From Candidatus Elusimicrobium euhamitermitis (GTDB taxonomy: Bacteria > Elusimicrobiota > Elusimicrobia > Elusimicrobiales > Elusimicrobiaceae), in the NCBI GenBank assembly GCA_031254225.1, contig JAIRUU010000113.1, forward strand, positions 546 to 64,545: DNA of 64,000 nt. Direction: 5' to 3'. The translations under genes and the position numbers were made by a program. The notes beneath the pieces were generated by a model, which was not told the DNA's origin, did no database searches, and saw nothing but the letters and a program-made list of their open reading frames with translations. Each line of letters begins with the position of its first letter. Position 1 is the stretch's first letter. Of the stretch, positions 38,529 to 47,974 are shown piece by piece.

Positions 38529-39536
38529 ATGTCAGTTTTTGCTATTTGGATTACGTGTTTAATCATTTTAGCGCTGTTTTTTGATTTCCTTAACGGATTT
38601 CACGACGCGGCCAATTCAATAGCCACGGTAGTGGCTACAAGAGTGCTGTCCCCCAAAGTGGCTGTCTGGTGGGCGGCATTTTTTAATTTTATAGCCTTTT
38701 TGTTTTTCGGCACTCTGGTGGCAAAAACCATAGGAAAAGGCATTATTGATATTGAGGTGGTGGACAGTTTTATAATATGCGGCGCGCTGCTGGGCGCCTG
38801 CGCGTGGAACGTTATTACGTGGTATCTGGGGCTGCCCACAAGCTCCTCTCACGCGCTTATCGGCGGTCTTATCGGCGCCGCGCTGGTTAAGGCCGGGCCT
38901 AGCGCGCTGGTTAAAGCAGGCATTATAAAAACCATCGCTTTTATAGTCATTTCTCCGGTTATGGGTTTGGTTTTGAGCACCGGCATAGGGCTTCTGGTTT
39001 TTCATACGCTGCAATATAAAAACCCGCATAAAATTGACCATTTTTTCAGAAAAGGGCAATTGTTTTCCGCGGCTATGTACAGCCTCGGCCACGGCGGGAA
39101 CGACGCGCAGAAAACCATGGGCATAATTACAGGCTTAATGTTCAGCGCCGGCTTTTTGCACGGGCCTTTTCACGTGCCTTTCTGGGTGGTTATTGTGTGC
39201 AACGCGGCAATAGCGCTGGGCACGCTTTCCGGCGGATGGAGAATTGTAAAAACAATGGGAAATAAAATTACCCGTTTAAGACCCGTTGACGGATTTTGCG
39301 CGGAAACAGGGTCCGCGCTGTCGTTGTTTTTCGCGTCCGCGCTGGGCGTGCCGGTGAGCACCACGCATACTATTACCGGCGGCATTGTCGGCGTTGGAAT
39401 GCTGAGAAGAATGTCGGCGGTGAGGTGGGGGGTGGCGAGCAGGATAGTGTGGGCGTGGATTTTTACTATTCCGGCGGCGGCGGTTATAGCCGGAGTTTCA
39501 TACTACTTAGTCCAGATTATACATAAGATGGTATAA
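38529..39536 (+). CDS. pit: Inorganic phosphate transporter (PiT family)
   Basis: NGFHDAANSIAT, PTSSSHA, HGGNDAQK, PVSTTH. Confidence 0.92.
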   Translation: MSVFAIWITCLIILALFFDFLNGFHDAANSIATVVATRVLSPKVAVWWAAFFNFIAFLFFGTLVAKTIGKGIIDIEVVDSFIICGALLGACAWNVITWYLGLPTSSSHALIGGLIGAALVKAGPSALVKAGIIKTIAFIVISPVMGLVLSTGIGLLVFHTLQYKNPHKIDHFFRKGQLFSAAMYSLGHGGNDAQKTMGIITGLMFSAGFLHGPFHVPFWVVIVCNAAIALGTLSGGWRIVKTMGNKITRLRPVDGFCAETGSALSLFFASALGVPVSTTHTITGGIVGVGMLRRMSAVRWGVASRIVWAWIFTIPAAAVIAGVSYYLVQIIHKMV

Positions 39537-39544
39537 GATAAGGA

Positions 39545-39872
39545 GTGATTTTCCATGAAAATCACATTTATTTCATGACTAATTTTATTTGGGCGGGCCT
39601 GCGCCCGCCGCAAGTTTTGTACGGCGCACGGCTGCTGCGCTTATAAACAGTGTACTGTTTTGCTCACTTCGTTCGCTTTAGTCGGGAGTTAAAAATTTCT
39701 TCGGTATTTGGCGGATTTTTTATTTTTTCCGCCCTCGCCGTACGCTTCGCCTTAAGTACTTGGTCGGGCGGAAGAAAATAAAAAATCCGCTCAAATCCCT
39801 GTGAAATTTTTGGAACGGACGACGGGATACGGCGTGAAATTTTTCTTACGGACGACTAACGGCGGTTACGGC
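39545..39872 (+). repeat. Dispersed structured repeat, copy C
   Basis: Head palindrome, GGGCGGGCCTGCGCCCGCC module, 121-nt hairpin 39691-39811, core 39738-39762, duplicated GTGAAATTTTT..ACGGACGAC tail. Confidence 0.92.
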
Positions 39873-39893
39873 AACGGCAAATACGGCATTTTT

Positions 39894-40982
39894 ATGCAAT
39901 CTATTTATATTCATATTCCGTTCTGCGTCAAAAAGTGTAATTATTGCGCTTTTGCGTCGTATCCCGCGGCCTCGGCCGCGCAGGAAAAATATATTTCTGT
40001 TTTGGCAAAAGAAATGGCCCTGCGCCGGAATTTTCCGGCGCAGACGCTTTATATAGGCGGCGGAACGCCCAGTTTTTTGGGCGCGGAGCTGCTTGAAAAA
40101 CTTTTGACGGAGACTGAAAAAAATTTCGGCCCTATAAAAAATTTTATTGAAAGTACGTTTGAAGTTAATCCAGAAAGCGTTACCGAAGAAAAATTAAAAA
40201 TCTTAAAAAAATACGGTTTCAACAGAATAAGCGTGGGCGCGCAGACTTTTGACGACGACGGTCTGAAAATCCTCGGCCGCGCGCATGACCGCAAAACTTT
40301 TTTTGACGCGTACGATAAAATAAAATCCGCCGGATTTACAAATATAAATATTGACCTTATAGCCGGTTTTCCGCGCCAGACTTTTGAGGGCTTTGAAAAA
40401 GATATTCGGGAAATAATTTCATTGAGTCCTGTTCATATTTCCGTCTACGGTCTTCAAATTGAGGAAGGCACAAAAATTTTTGAAACCGGTTTTAACCCTG
40501 ACCAGATTTTAATGCGTAAAATGCTTGAACACGCGCGCGCCGCACTGCAAGCCGCCAGTTATAAACATTATGAAATTTCAAATTACGCAAAACCAGGTTT
40601 TGAAAGCAGACACAATAATAATTACTGGCAGAGCGGGGAATATATCGGCCTTGGCTTCGCCGCGGCGAGTTTTGTGAACGGCAAAAGATTTTCTAATCCC
40701 GAAAATTTGGAAAAATATTTGGAAAACCCAGGCAAGCCGGAATTTGAGGAAGTTTTGACCGGCAAAGAAAAGCTGGGCGAAAATATTATAATAGGTTTAA
40801 GGCGGCTTGACGGTATTGCCGCGGCGGATGAAATTGAAAAAAACTTCGGCCGCGAAATAAAAAATTTAATTGCCGCCGGCATGCTGGAAAAAGCGGGTGG
40901 TAAAATAAAATTGACGGAAGAAGGGATATTTTTATCCAACGAAGTTTTTGAAAATTTTGTTGCGCCGTTTTATGAAACTTAA
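39894..40982 (+). CDS. hemW: Radical SAM heme chaperone HemW (HemN-like)
   Basis: YIHIPFCVKKCNYCAF, GGGTPS, YEISNY, HNNNYW; start ATG 39894. Confidence 0.88.
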   Translation: MQSIYIHIPFCVKKCNYCAFASYPAASAAQEKYISVLAKEMALRRNFPAQTLYIGGGTPSFLGAELLEKLLTETEKNFGPIKNFIESTFEVNPESVTEEKLKILKKYGFNRISVGAQTFDDDGLKILGRAHDRKTFFDAYDKIKSAGFTNINIDLIAGFPRQTFEGFEKDIREIISLSPVHISVYGLQIEEGTKIFETGFNPDQILMRKMLEHARAALQAASYKHYEISNYAKPGFESRHNNNYWQSGEYIGLGFAAASFVNGKRFSNPENLEKYLENPGKPEFEEVLTGKEKLGENIIIGLRRLDGIAAADEIEKNFGREIKNLIAAGMLEKAGGKIKLTEEGIFLSNEVFENFVAPFYET

Positions 40983-41670
40983 AACAATAAAAACAAAAGT
41001 TTTTAAAGAAAATGAAAGCCTGTCCGCTTTTATAACGGAACATATTCCGGCGTTAAAAGACGGGAGCGTTATTGTCGTTTCGTCCAAAATAGCGGCGCTT
41101 GCAGAAGGGCGCGTTCTGCCGCCATGTAGTGAAAAAGAATTTGAGAAAATTATAAAAAAGGAAAGTTCTTTCGCGCTCAAAACGCATTACTGTTATCTGA
41201 CGATAAAAGACGGCGCGGTTATGACTAACGCCGGCGTTGACCGTTCCAACGCGGACGGCAAAATTATTCTGCTTCCGCGGGACTCCTATAAAACCGCGCG
41301 CCGCCTGAGAATTGCGCTTAAAAAGTTTTATAAAATCAAAAATTTGGGAATAATTATAACCGACAGTTTTATACTGCCGCTGCGCGCGGGCGTGACGGGC
41401 GCGGCCGTAGGGTACAGCGGTTTTAAAGGCGTAAAAAATTATATAGGAAAGCCGGATATTTTCGGCAGAAAATTGAAGACCACTTTAGTTGACGCGGCGG
41501 ACCCCTTGTCCGCCGCCGCAAGTTTTTTGATGGGAGAAGCGGCCGAAAAAACGCCGCTCTGCATCATAGAAGACGCGCCGGTAATTTTTACAAACCGCGA
41601 TAAAAAAGGCGAACTTAAATACCCGCTTAAAAAAGATTTATACTATCCGCTTCTCAAAACCGTTATTTAA
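40972..41670 (+). CDS. CofE-like gamma-glutamyl ligase
   Basis: VVSSKIAALAEG, NAGVDRSN, GIIITDS, PLRAG, MGEAAEKTP. Confidence 0.8.
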   Translation: MKLKTIKTKVFKENESLSAFITEHIPALKDGSVIVVSSKIAALAEGRVLPPCSEKEFEKIIKKESSFALKTHYCYLTIKDGAVMTNAGVDRSNADGKIILLPRDSYKTARRLRIALKKFYKIKNLGIIITDSFILPLRAGVTGAAVGYSGFKGVKNYIGKPDIFGRKLKTTLVDAADPLSAAASFLMGEAAEKTPLCIIEDAPVIFTNRDKKGELKYPLKKDLYYPLLKTVI

Positions 41671-42139
41671 CAAAACTCGGGCCCGACGTTATTGCGGCAT
41701 TTCCCGCCGCGGCGGTTTTATACATGAGCGTATTACAAATATCCGGATCAGACTGCGTAACGCACAACGTCGGCATAATAGCGCCGTCGGATATATGTTT
41801 TTCAAGCGTGTATTTGCCGTCGCGCCGTATTGCCAGCACTGCGGCGTTATTTTGGCTGATATTATTTATGCGGTATTGAAAATTCTTCGTCTGCATTGTT
41901 ACATTGTCCGCCTGAAGCGTGCCGTCCGCTATTCCTACGTCCAGCGTATTCCACTGCGGGTTGGCGTGGAATTTTCCGGCGCGCTGCACGCTTTCGGTAA
42001 CTGTTTTTAAAATGCTTTCGGCTTCCGTGGCGCGGCCTCTGTCAACCACCTGCATATACTGCGGTATGGCTATGGCCGCCAAAATGCCTATAATTAAAAT
42101 GACTATTAACAACTCCATTAAAGTAAAACCTTTTTTCAT
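41663..42139 (-). CDS. Type IV pilin-like protein
   Basis: MKKG|FTLMELLIVILIIGILAAIAIPQY; AAGGAG RBS; start ATG 42139. Confidence 0.9.
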   Translation of the reverse strand: MKKGFTLMELLIVILIIGILAAIAIPQYMQVVDRGRATEAESILKTVTESVQRAGKFHANPQWNTLDVGIADGTLQADNVTMQTKNFQYRINNISQNNAAVLAIRRDGKYTLEKHISDGAIMPTLCVTQSDPDICNTLMYKTAAAGNAAITSGPSFVK

Positions 42140-42204
42140 AATATAACTCCTTTCACTTATTTTATCCGTTAAACAAATATCTGTCAATTTGATAAAATGA
42201 ACAT

Positions 42205-43698
42205 ATGGAAAATACTGAACAAAAACCGCAGAGCTCTTTGCAGGAAATTATTAAACAGCGTTATGACGAAGCCGCGCAGCTTAAAGACGCGGGCGTCAAC
42301 CCGTATCCGGCGCGCAGCGGCTCAAAAAATACGGCCAAAGAAGCGCTTTCCGCGCCTGAAAATGAGAACGTTACCGTCTCAGGCCGCGTAATGCAGCTGC
42401 GCCTGATGGGCAAGGCGGCTTTTGCGCATATCAGGGATTTTACTGGCAAAGTGCAGATTTATGTTGCAAAAGATAAGCTTGGCGACGCTCAGTATGACTT
42501 TTTCAAAAAGCATATATCCGCGGGCGATTTTGTGACAGCGTCAGGCCACATGTTCGTTACCAAAACCGGCGAAAAAACTATTAAGGCGGACAGCGTTAAT
42601 CTCATTTCCAAAGCCATACGCCCGATGCCGGAAAAGTGGCACGGCATTACGGACACGGAAGTCAGATTCAGAAACCGCCACGTTGATTTGATAGCGAACG
42701 AAGACGTTAAAGAAATTTTTGTCAAACGCTCAAAAATAATAAGTTCCATACGCAAGACGCTGGACAATATGGGTTATCTTGAAGTTGAAACGCCCACTCT
42801 GACGCCAGGCGCGGGCGGCGCGATAGCCAAACCTTTTGAAAGTTTTCATAACGCTTTAAAAATGCCGCTTTATATGCGTATTGCGCTGGAGCTGTATCAC
42901 AAACGCCTTATTGTCGGCGGCATGGACAGGATTTACGAGATAGGCAAAATGTTCCGCAACGAAGGCATTGACACTACGCACAACCCCGAATTTACCATGA
43001 TGGAACTTTATCAGGCCTACGGCGACGTTTATGTCATGGCGGACGTTTTTGACGCCGTTTTGGCAAACGCGGCAAAAGCAATAGGCGTTGAAAAAGTGAC
43101 GTATAAAGGTAAAGAAGTTAAAGTTACTCCGCCGTATGAGCGCGTTTCGCTGCCCGAAGCGTGGCTGAAATATACCGGCGAAGATATTCATAATATTTTA
43201 AACGGGCGGGATTTTAACCGGCCGGCGTTAATAGAGCTTGCTAAAAAGCTTGGTATAAAAATTGACGAGGAAGAATCCTCCGGCAAAATTTTTGACGGGA
43301 TTTTTGACGAACGTATTATTCCAAACTATACCGACCCTATTTTGATGATGGATTATCCGACGGCCGTAAGCCCTTTCTCAAAAACCAAAGAGGGCGACCC
43401 TGGGATAGTGGAACGTTTTGAGGCTTTTGTCTGCGGCAGCGAACTGGGCAACGCGTACAGCGAAATCAATGATCCGGCCGACCAGGCGCAGAGGCTGCGC
43501 GACCAGGCGCGTCAGAAAGCCAAAGACAATAAAGAAAATTCCGAGATTGTGGATATTGAATATATTGAAGCTCTGGAAGCGGGCATGCCGCCGACGGGCG
43601 GAATGGGAATCGGCATAGACCGGTTGATAATGCTGCTCACGGGGCAGGATTCAATAAGAGAGATAGTTTTCTTTCCGCTGCTTAAAAAGACAGACTAA
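42205..43698 (+). CDS. lysS: Lysine--tRNA ligase (class II)
   Basis: MGKAAF, YMRIALELY, FRNEGIDTTHNPEF, GMPPTGGMGIGIDRL. Confidence 0.97.
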   Translation: MENTEQKPQSSLQEIIKQRYDEAAQLKDAGVNPYPARSGSKNTAKEALSAPENENVTVSGRVMQLRLMGKAAFAHIRDFTGKVQIYVAKDKLGDAQYDFFKKHISAGDFVTASGHMFVTKTGEKTIKADSVNLISKAIRPMPEKWHGITDTEVRFRNRHVDLIANEDVKEIFVKRSKIISSIRKTLDNMGYLEVETPTLTPGAGGAIAKPFESFHNALKMPLYMRIALELYHKRLIVGGMDRIYEIGKMFRNEGIDTTHNPEFTMMELYQAYGDVYVMADVFDAVLANAAKAIGVEKVTYKGKEVKVTPPYERVSLPEAWLKYTGEDIHNILNGRDFNRPALIELAKKLGIKIDEEESSGKIFDGIFDERIIPNYTDPILMMDYPTAVSPFSKTKEGDPGIVERFEAFVCGSELGNAYSEINDPADQAQRLRDQARQKAKDNKENSEIVDIEYIEALEAGMPPTGGMGIGIDRLIMLLTGQDSIREIVFFPLLKKTD

Positions 43699-43855
43699 TT
43701 TTATTTGGGCGGGCCTGCGCCCGCCGCAAGTTTTGTACTGCGCACGGCTGCCAGCCTACGCTTTGCCTTAAGTAGTTGCCCAGGCCGAAGAAAATTAAAA
43801 ATCATCTCAAATCCCTGTGAAATTTTTGTTACGGACGACTAACGGCGGTTACGGC
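43693..43855 (+). repeat. Dispersed structured repeat, copy D (internally deleted)
   Basis: GACTAATTTTATTTGGGCGGGCCTGCGCCCGCCGCAAGTTTT shared with copies C/E, joined directly to a degenerate core, right arm and tail. Confidence 0.88.
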
Positions 43856-43881
43856 AACTCCGCTGCGGGACATGGCCGGAA

Positions 43882-44268
43882 TTATTTATTTTTGAGCTTT
43901 TTTTCCTGCTCTTTTACGCTGCGCCATAAGGCCAGGCTTTCTTCCGGCGTGTTCGCTTTTTTGTCGCCGAACACGTGCGGGTGGCGGCGGATAAGTTTTT
44001 CGTTAATTCCTTTAATTACGTCCGAAATCGTAAATTTGCCCAGCTCCTCCGCGATGTTCGCCTGCATGACAATGTTTAAAAGCAAATCGCCAAGTTCTTC
44101 CTGCAAATTTTCGGCGTCGTTATTTTCTATGGCTTTTACGACTTCTTCGCTTTCTTCGCGCAGGCATTTGATAAGTGACTCGTGCGTTTGTTTCTTGTCC
44201 CACGGACAGCCGTCCGGCCCGCGCAGAGTTTTGGTTGTGTTTACAAGTTCGTTAAACAATTTTTCCAT
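43882..44268 (-). CDS. MazG-like nucleotide pyrophosphohydrolase (single domain)
   Basis: LRGPDGCPWD, EELGDLL, KLIRRHPHVF. Confidence 0.88.
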   Translation of the reverse strand: MEKLFNELVNTTKTLRGPDGCPWDKKQTHESLIKCLREESEEVVKAIENNDAENLQEELGDLLLNIVMQANIAEELGKFTISDVIKGINEKLIRRHPHVFGDKKANTPEESLALWRSVKEQEKKLKNK

Positions 44269-44305
44269 TTAAATTTTCTCTCCAAAAATGGTATATGTTT
44301 ATTAT

Positions 44306-45643
44306 ATGAAAAAACTTCTTGTTCTAATAACAATCATTTTAATTTCTCTCAATTCTTTTGCGGCGGAATTTGCGTATGTGGCCAAGCAGGACGGCAAAAC
44401 CGTTTACGTTGATACCACCCGTCTGGCGACAAAAGTCAGCCGCGGCGCGGTTTTGAAATTTATTGAAAGTTCTGAAGAACTTAAAAACTATCAGGGTATG
44501 TCTTTGGGTAAAATTTATAAGTACGGCCCGTCGGCAGCCGTTACCAAGGCGGAAGATAAATACGCAGTTATAATTTTGGATAATGATTATAAAACAAAAC
44601 CCGGCCAGGCTTTGGAGCTTGAAGCTGCGGCCGCGCCCATGAACGCGGCGCCGGCGGATACTCCGGCGGACAAGACTGCCCGGAGTTATGACGGCGGTAT
44701 CGCAAAAATTTTCAGCTCGCCCGCTTTTGACGGGAAAATAATTTCCTCATGCCTCTCTTCCCGCGGCGGGCAGAATATTTTTATTCTTGCGACGGAGCAA
44801 AGCATAAAAGCGGCGGACCTACAAGGCGGAATTTTGACGGAGCAGGCTATTTCTCCTTTTAAACAAGTTTTAACCATATCCTGCGCGCCCGCCAAAAATA
44901 ACGGGCGGGACCAGATTTTTGTTGTAACTTACGAAGCGCGGAGCGAAAAATTAAATACCCTTGTCTTTGAATTAGAGGACGGCGGTTTTACGCAGACGGA
45001 TACTCTTAAATGGGCGGTAAAAGCGGTTAATACGCCGCCCGGCATAAAACTTTTCGGCCAGGAAATTTTTAAACATAATGAGACGCGTTTCAGCCCAGTG
45101 GGCCTGATAAACTACGACGCGAAAAAAGGTTTTTATTACATAAAAACCGGCGTGAACGCCGGCTCAAACGCGACCGCGTTTTCTTTCAATCTGGCGGACC
45201 TTGACAATGACGGAAAGCTTGACGCGGTTTTTGCAATTGCTTTCGGCAGAATAAAAGCCGCGCTTGGCAAAGGCAGCGTTGTGGACGTGGAAGACGGCAA
45301 TTTTGCGTCATCCCCCGTGCGGTTTACTCTGGCTAATGAAATTATAAGAGTGCTGCCCGCGATACCGTCTTTTACGCAGGATGAAAAAACGATTTTCGCC
45401 GCGGCCGAAAACGTGCCTAAAGCCGCAATAGTAGCCGGCAGTCTCGGTATGTACAAAAGCGGTATTTTGCGTTTTTACCGCTGGGACGCGGCCGGCCTTA
45501 AACAAACCGGCAAAATTGAAACCGGCGGCGTAATTTATGATTTAACCGCTGTAAATTATAACGGCGCGCCGGCCATTATGGCGACGGAAGTTTTTGACAG
45601 CGGCGTAACAATGCTGAACATGTACAACCTCGGGAGTTACTGA
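44306..45643 (+). CDS. Secreted hypothetical protein with FG-GAP/VCBS-like motif
   Basis: Signal peptide MKKLLVLITIILISLNSFA; beta-rich; LADLDNDGKLD. Confidence 0.7.
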   Translation: MKKLLVLITIILISLNSFAAEFAYVAKQDGKTVYVDTTRLATKVSRGAVLKFIESSEELKNYQGMSLGKIYKYGPSAAVTKAEDKYAVIILDNDYKTKPGQALELEAAAAPMNAAPADTPADKTARSYDGGIAKIFSSPAFDGKIISSCLSSRGGQNIFILATEQSIKAADLQGGILTEQAISPFKQVLTISCAPAKNNGRDQIFVVTYEARSEKLNTLVFELEDGGFTQTDTLKWAVKAVNTPPGIKLFGQEIFKHNETRFSPVGLINYDAKKGFYYIKTGVNAGSNATAFSFNLADLDNDGKLDAVFAIAFGRIKAALGKGSVVDVEDGNFASSPVRFTLANEIIRVLPAIPSFTQDEKTIFAAAENVPKAAIVAGSLGMYKSGILRFYRWDAAGLKQTGKIETGGVIYDLTAVNYNGAPAIMATEVFDSGVTMLNMYNLGSY

Positions 45644-46326
45644 TGACACAGAAGATTGATATTTTGGACAAAGGTTTTGTTAAACTCATTGATTTTATGG
45701 GAAGCGATTTACGCGCGGTAAGTTCCGCCCGCGTGTCTTTCGGCGGCGAATCAAAAGGCGAAGATAAAGACAAGCAGCTTATTAAATATCTTCTTGAACA
45801 CTCTCACCACACGCCGTTTGAGCATTGTTGTTTCCAGTTCCACATCTGCTGTCCTATTTATATAGCAAGGCAGTGGATGCGCCACCGCTGGGCGTCATAC
45901 AATGAAATAAGCGCAAGGTATACCGAGGTAAAGGACGAATTTTATATGCCGGCGGAGTTCCGCGGCCAGGACACGCATAATAAACAGGGCTCGGTCGCCT
46001 CGTCGGATTTGGATAATAAAAAACTGCGCGAGATTTATGAAAAAAGCGTAGAAGCGTCTTACGCCGCGTATAAAAAATTATTGGAATACGGCGTCGCGCG
46101 CGAGATGGCGCGGGGCATTTTGCCGGTGTGCCAGTACACTCAGTTTTACTGGAGCGTGAACGCAAGAAGCCTTTTAAATTTTCTCTCTCTGCGGCAGGAC
46201 GCGCACGCGCAAAAAGAAATCCGCGATTACGCGGACGCTATTGCCCAAATTTTTGCGGAAAAAATGCCGTGGACGTGGGAAGCGTTTAACAAGTTAAACA
46301 AAAAACTGCCCTTAGGTTCTGAATAG
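45643..46326 (+). CDS. thyX: FAD-dependent thymidylate synthase
   Basis: ARVSF, HHTPFEH, RQWMRHRWASYNEISARY, AREMAR, HAQKEIR. Confidence 0.95.
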   Translation: MTQKIDILDKGFVKLIDFMGSDLRAVSSARVSFGGESKGEDKDKQLIKYLLEHSHHTPFEHCCFQFHICCPIYIARQWMRHRWASYNEISARYTEVKDEFYMPAEFRGQDTHNKQGSVASSDLDNKKLREIYEKSVEASYAAYKKLLEYGVAREMARGILPVCQYTQFYWSVNARSLLNFLSLRQDAHAQKEIRDYADAIAQIFAEKMPWTWEAFNKLNKKLPLGSE

Positions 46327-46336
46327 GAGGCGCTCT

Positions 46337-47548
46337 ATGAGAGTGCTTGGAATGATCATGGCGGGCGGCAAAGGGGAAAGACTTTACCCGCTTACAAAAG
46401 AAAGAAGCAAACCTTCTGTCCCGTTCGGCGGGAAGTACAGGATTGTGGATTTTGTGCTTTCAAATTTTGTAAATTCCAACATTTTTGCGTCTTATATGTT
46501 AGTGCAGTATTTATCCCAGTCCTTAATTGAATATCTGCGCACCACGTGGCGCACAAGCGGCATAAGCAGGGACCATTTTTTGACCTGCGTTCCGCCGCAG
46601 ATGCGGCTTGGGGAAACGTGGTACCGCGGCACCGCGGACTCCGTGCGGCAGAACATTAATCTGATAAAAGATTTTGCGCCGGATCTGGTGGCAGTCTTCG
46701 GCGCGGATCATATTTACCGCATGGATATCGGCCAGATGATTGACTTCCATCTTAAAAATAACGCCGACGTTACGGTGGCCGCCAACGTCGTATCGCTTGA
46801 AGAGGCTGTTTCTTTCGGCGTGCTGGGCGTTGACAATAAAAACAGAATTACGGAGTTTGACGAAAAACCGGAAAAACCCAAATGCATACCGGGCCGCCCG
46901 AAACAGGCTTACGCTTCAATGGGTAATTATATTTTTAACGCGGATATTCTGATTAAGGTTCTGCAGAAGCGTTTCTGCGACGTGCCGGCTTTGGATTTCG
47001 GCAAACATATTCTGCCTAAAATTTTGACCGAGTACAGGACTTTTGCCTACGATTTTCCGTCTCAAAAGCTGCCCGGCGCAAAAGTTTATGAAGAGCAGGG
47101 GTACTGGCGGGACGTCGGCAACATAGAAGCTTTTTGGCAGACCAATATGGATTTGCTGGGGCCCAAGCCCAAGATGGATTTGAATAATCCGCTGTGGCCC
47201 ATAAACACCTCGCTCCACCACCTGCCGCCTACAAAATATTTGGGCGGCGCGGTTGAAAATTCCATGCTCAGCAACGGCTGCGTGGTGCACCCTAACTCCG
47301 TAATAAAAAACTGCGTTTTGGGCAGCAATATTATTGTGCATGAAGGATGCGTGCTGGAAGACAGCGTAATCATGGACTCATGCGAATTTAAAAAGGGCAG
47401 CAAGATTAAGAGAACGATTGTTGACAGGTTTAACGTCGTGCCGGAGAAGCAGACTGTAGGGCATAATGCGGAAAAAGACGCGCAGAGCTATTATATAGAC
47501 CCGTCGGGAATTGTCGTTATTCCCAGAGGCAGAAGCAAATTTTCATAA
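46337..47548 (+). CDS. glgC: Glucose-1-phosphate adenylyltransferase
   Basis: AGGKGERLYPLT, KPSVPFGGKYRIVDF, WYRGTAD, ADHIYRMD, DFGKH, YWRDVG. Confidence 0.95.
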   Translation: MRVLGMIMAGGKGERLYPLTKERSKPSVPFGGKYRIVDFVLSNFVNSNIFASYMLVQYLSQSLIEYLRTTWRTSGISRDHFLTCVPPQMRLGETWYRGTADSVRQNINLIKDFAPDLVAVFGADHIYRMDIGQMIDFHLKNNADVTVAANVVSLEEAVSFGVLGVDNKNRITEFDEKPEKPKCIPGRPKQAYASMGNYIFNADILIKVLQKRFCDVPALDFGKHILPKILTEYRTFAYDFPSQKLPGAKVYEEQGYWRDVGNIEAFWQTNMDLLGPKPKMDLNNPLWPINTSLHHLPPTKYLGGAVENSMLSNGCVVHPNSVIKNCVLGSNIIVHEGCVLEDSVIMDSCEFKKGSKIKRTIVDRFNVVPEKQTVGHNAEKDAQSYYIDPSGIVVIPRGRSKFS

Positions 47549-47560
47549 GTAGTGGGAATG

Positions 47561-47890
47561 GTGTGATTTTCGTGGAAAATCACATTTATTTCATGACTAA
47601 TTTTATTTGGGCGGGCCTGCGCCCGCCGCAAGTTTTTCCTGCGCACGGCTGCCCGCCTGCGCTTCGCTACGGCGTGGCCAAGGCTTCAATTATAAACAGT
47701 GTTTTGTTTCGCTCACTTCGTTCGCTTGGCTGTATGTTGAAAAATTTCTTTGGCTTTTGGACGATTTTCAATTTTTCCGGCCCTCGCCGTACGCTTCGCC
47801 TTAAGTACTTGCTCAGGCCGGAGAAAATTGAAAATCATCTCAAAATCCTGTGAAATTTTTTGAACAGACGACTGAACGGCGGTAACAACA
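47561..47890 (+). repeat. Dispersed structured repeat, copy E
   Basis: Head palindrome, GC hairpin modules, 121-nt hairpin 47740-47860, core 47787-47811, tail GACGACTGAACGGCGGTAAC. Confidence 0.92.
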
Positions 47891-47907
47891 CAGCAACATT
47901 TTATGCC

Positions 47908-47947
47908 TTTCCCCCCGCCCCTTGCGGGAGAGAGGGTGAGGGGTAGC
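47908..47947 (+). repeat. REP-like CCCCGCCCCTTGCGGGAGAG...GGTGAGGGGTAGC element
   Basis: Matches 18258-18302. Confidence 0.72.
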
Positions 47948-47974
47948 GCAAAGAGAAGGGAAAAGATTTTAACA

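Noticed and set aside
6558-47890. CRISPR array or integron attC array
   Set aside because: Copies are kilobases apart among housekeeping genes, with no spacer periodicity, cas or intI genes, or RYYYAAC/GTTRRRY ends.
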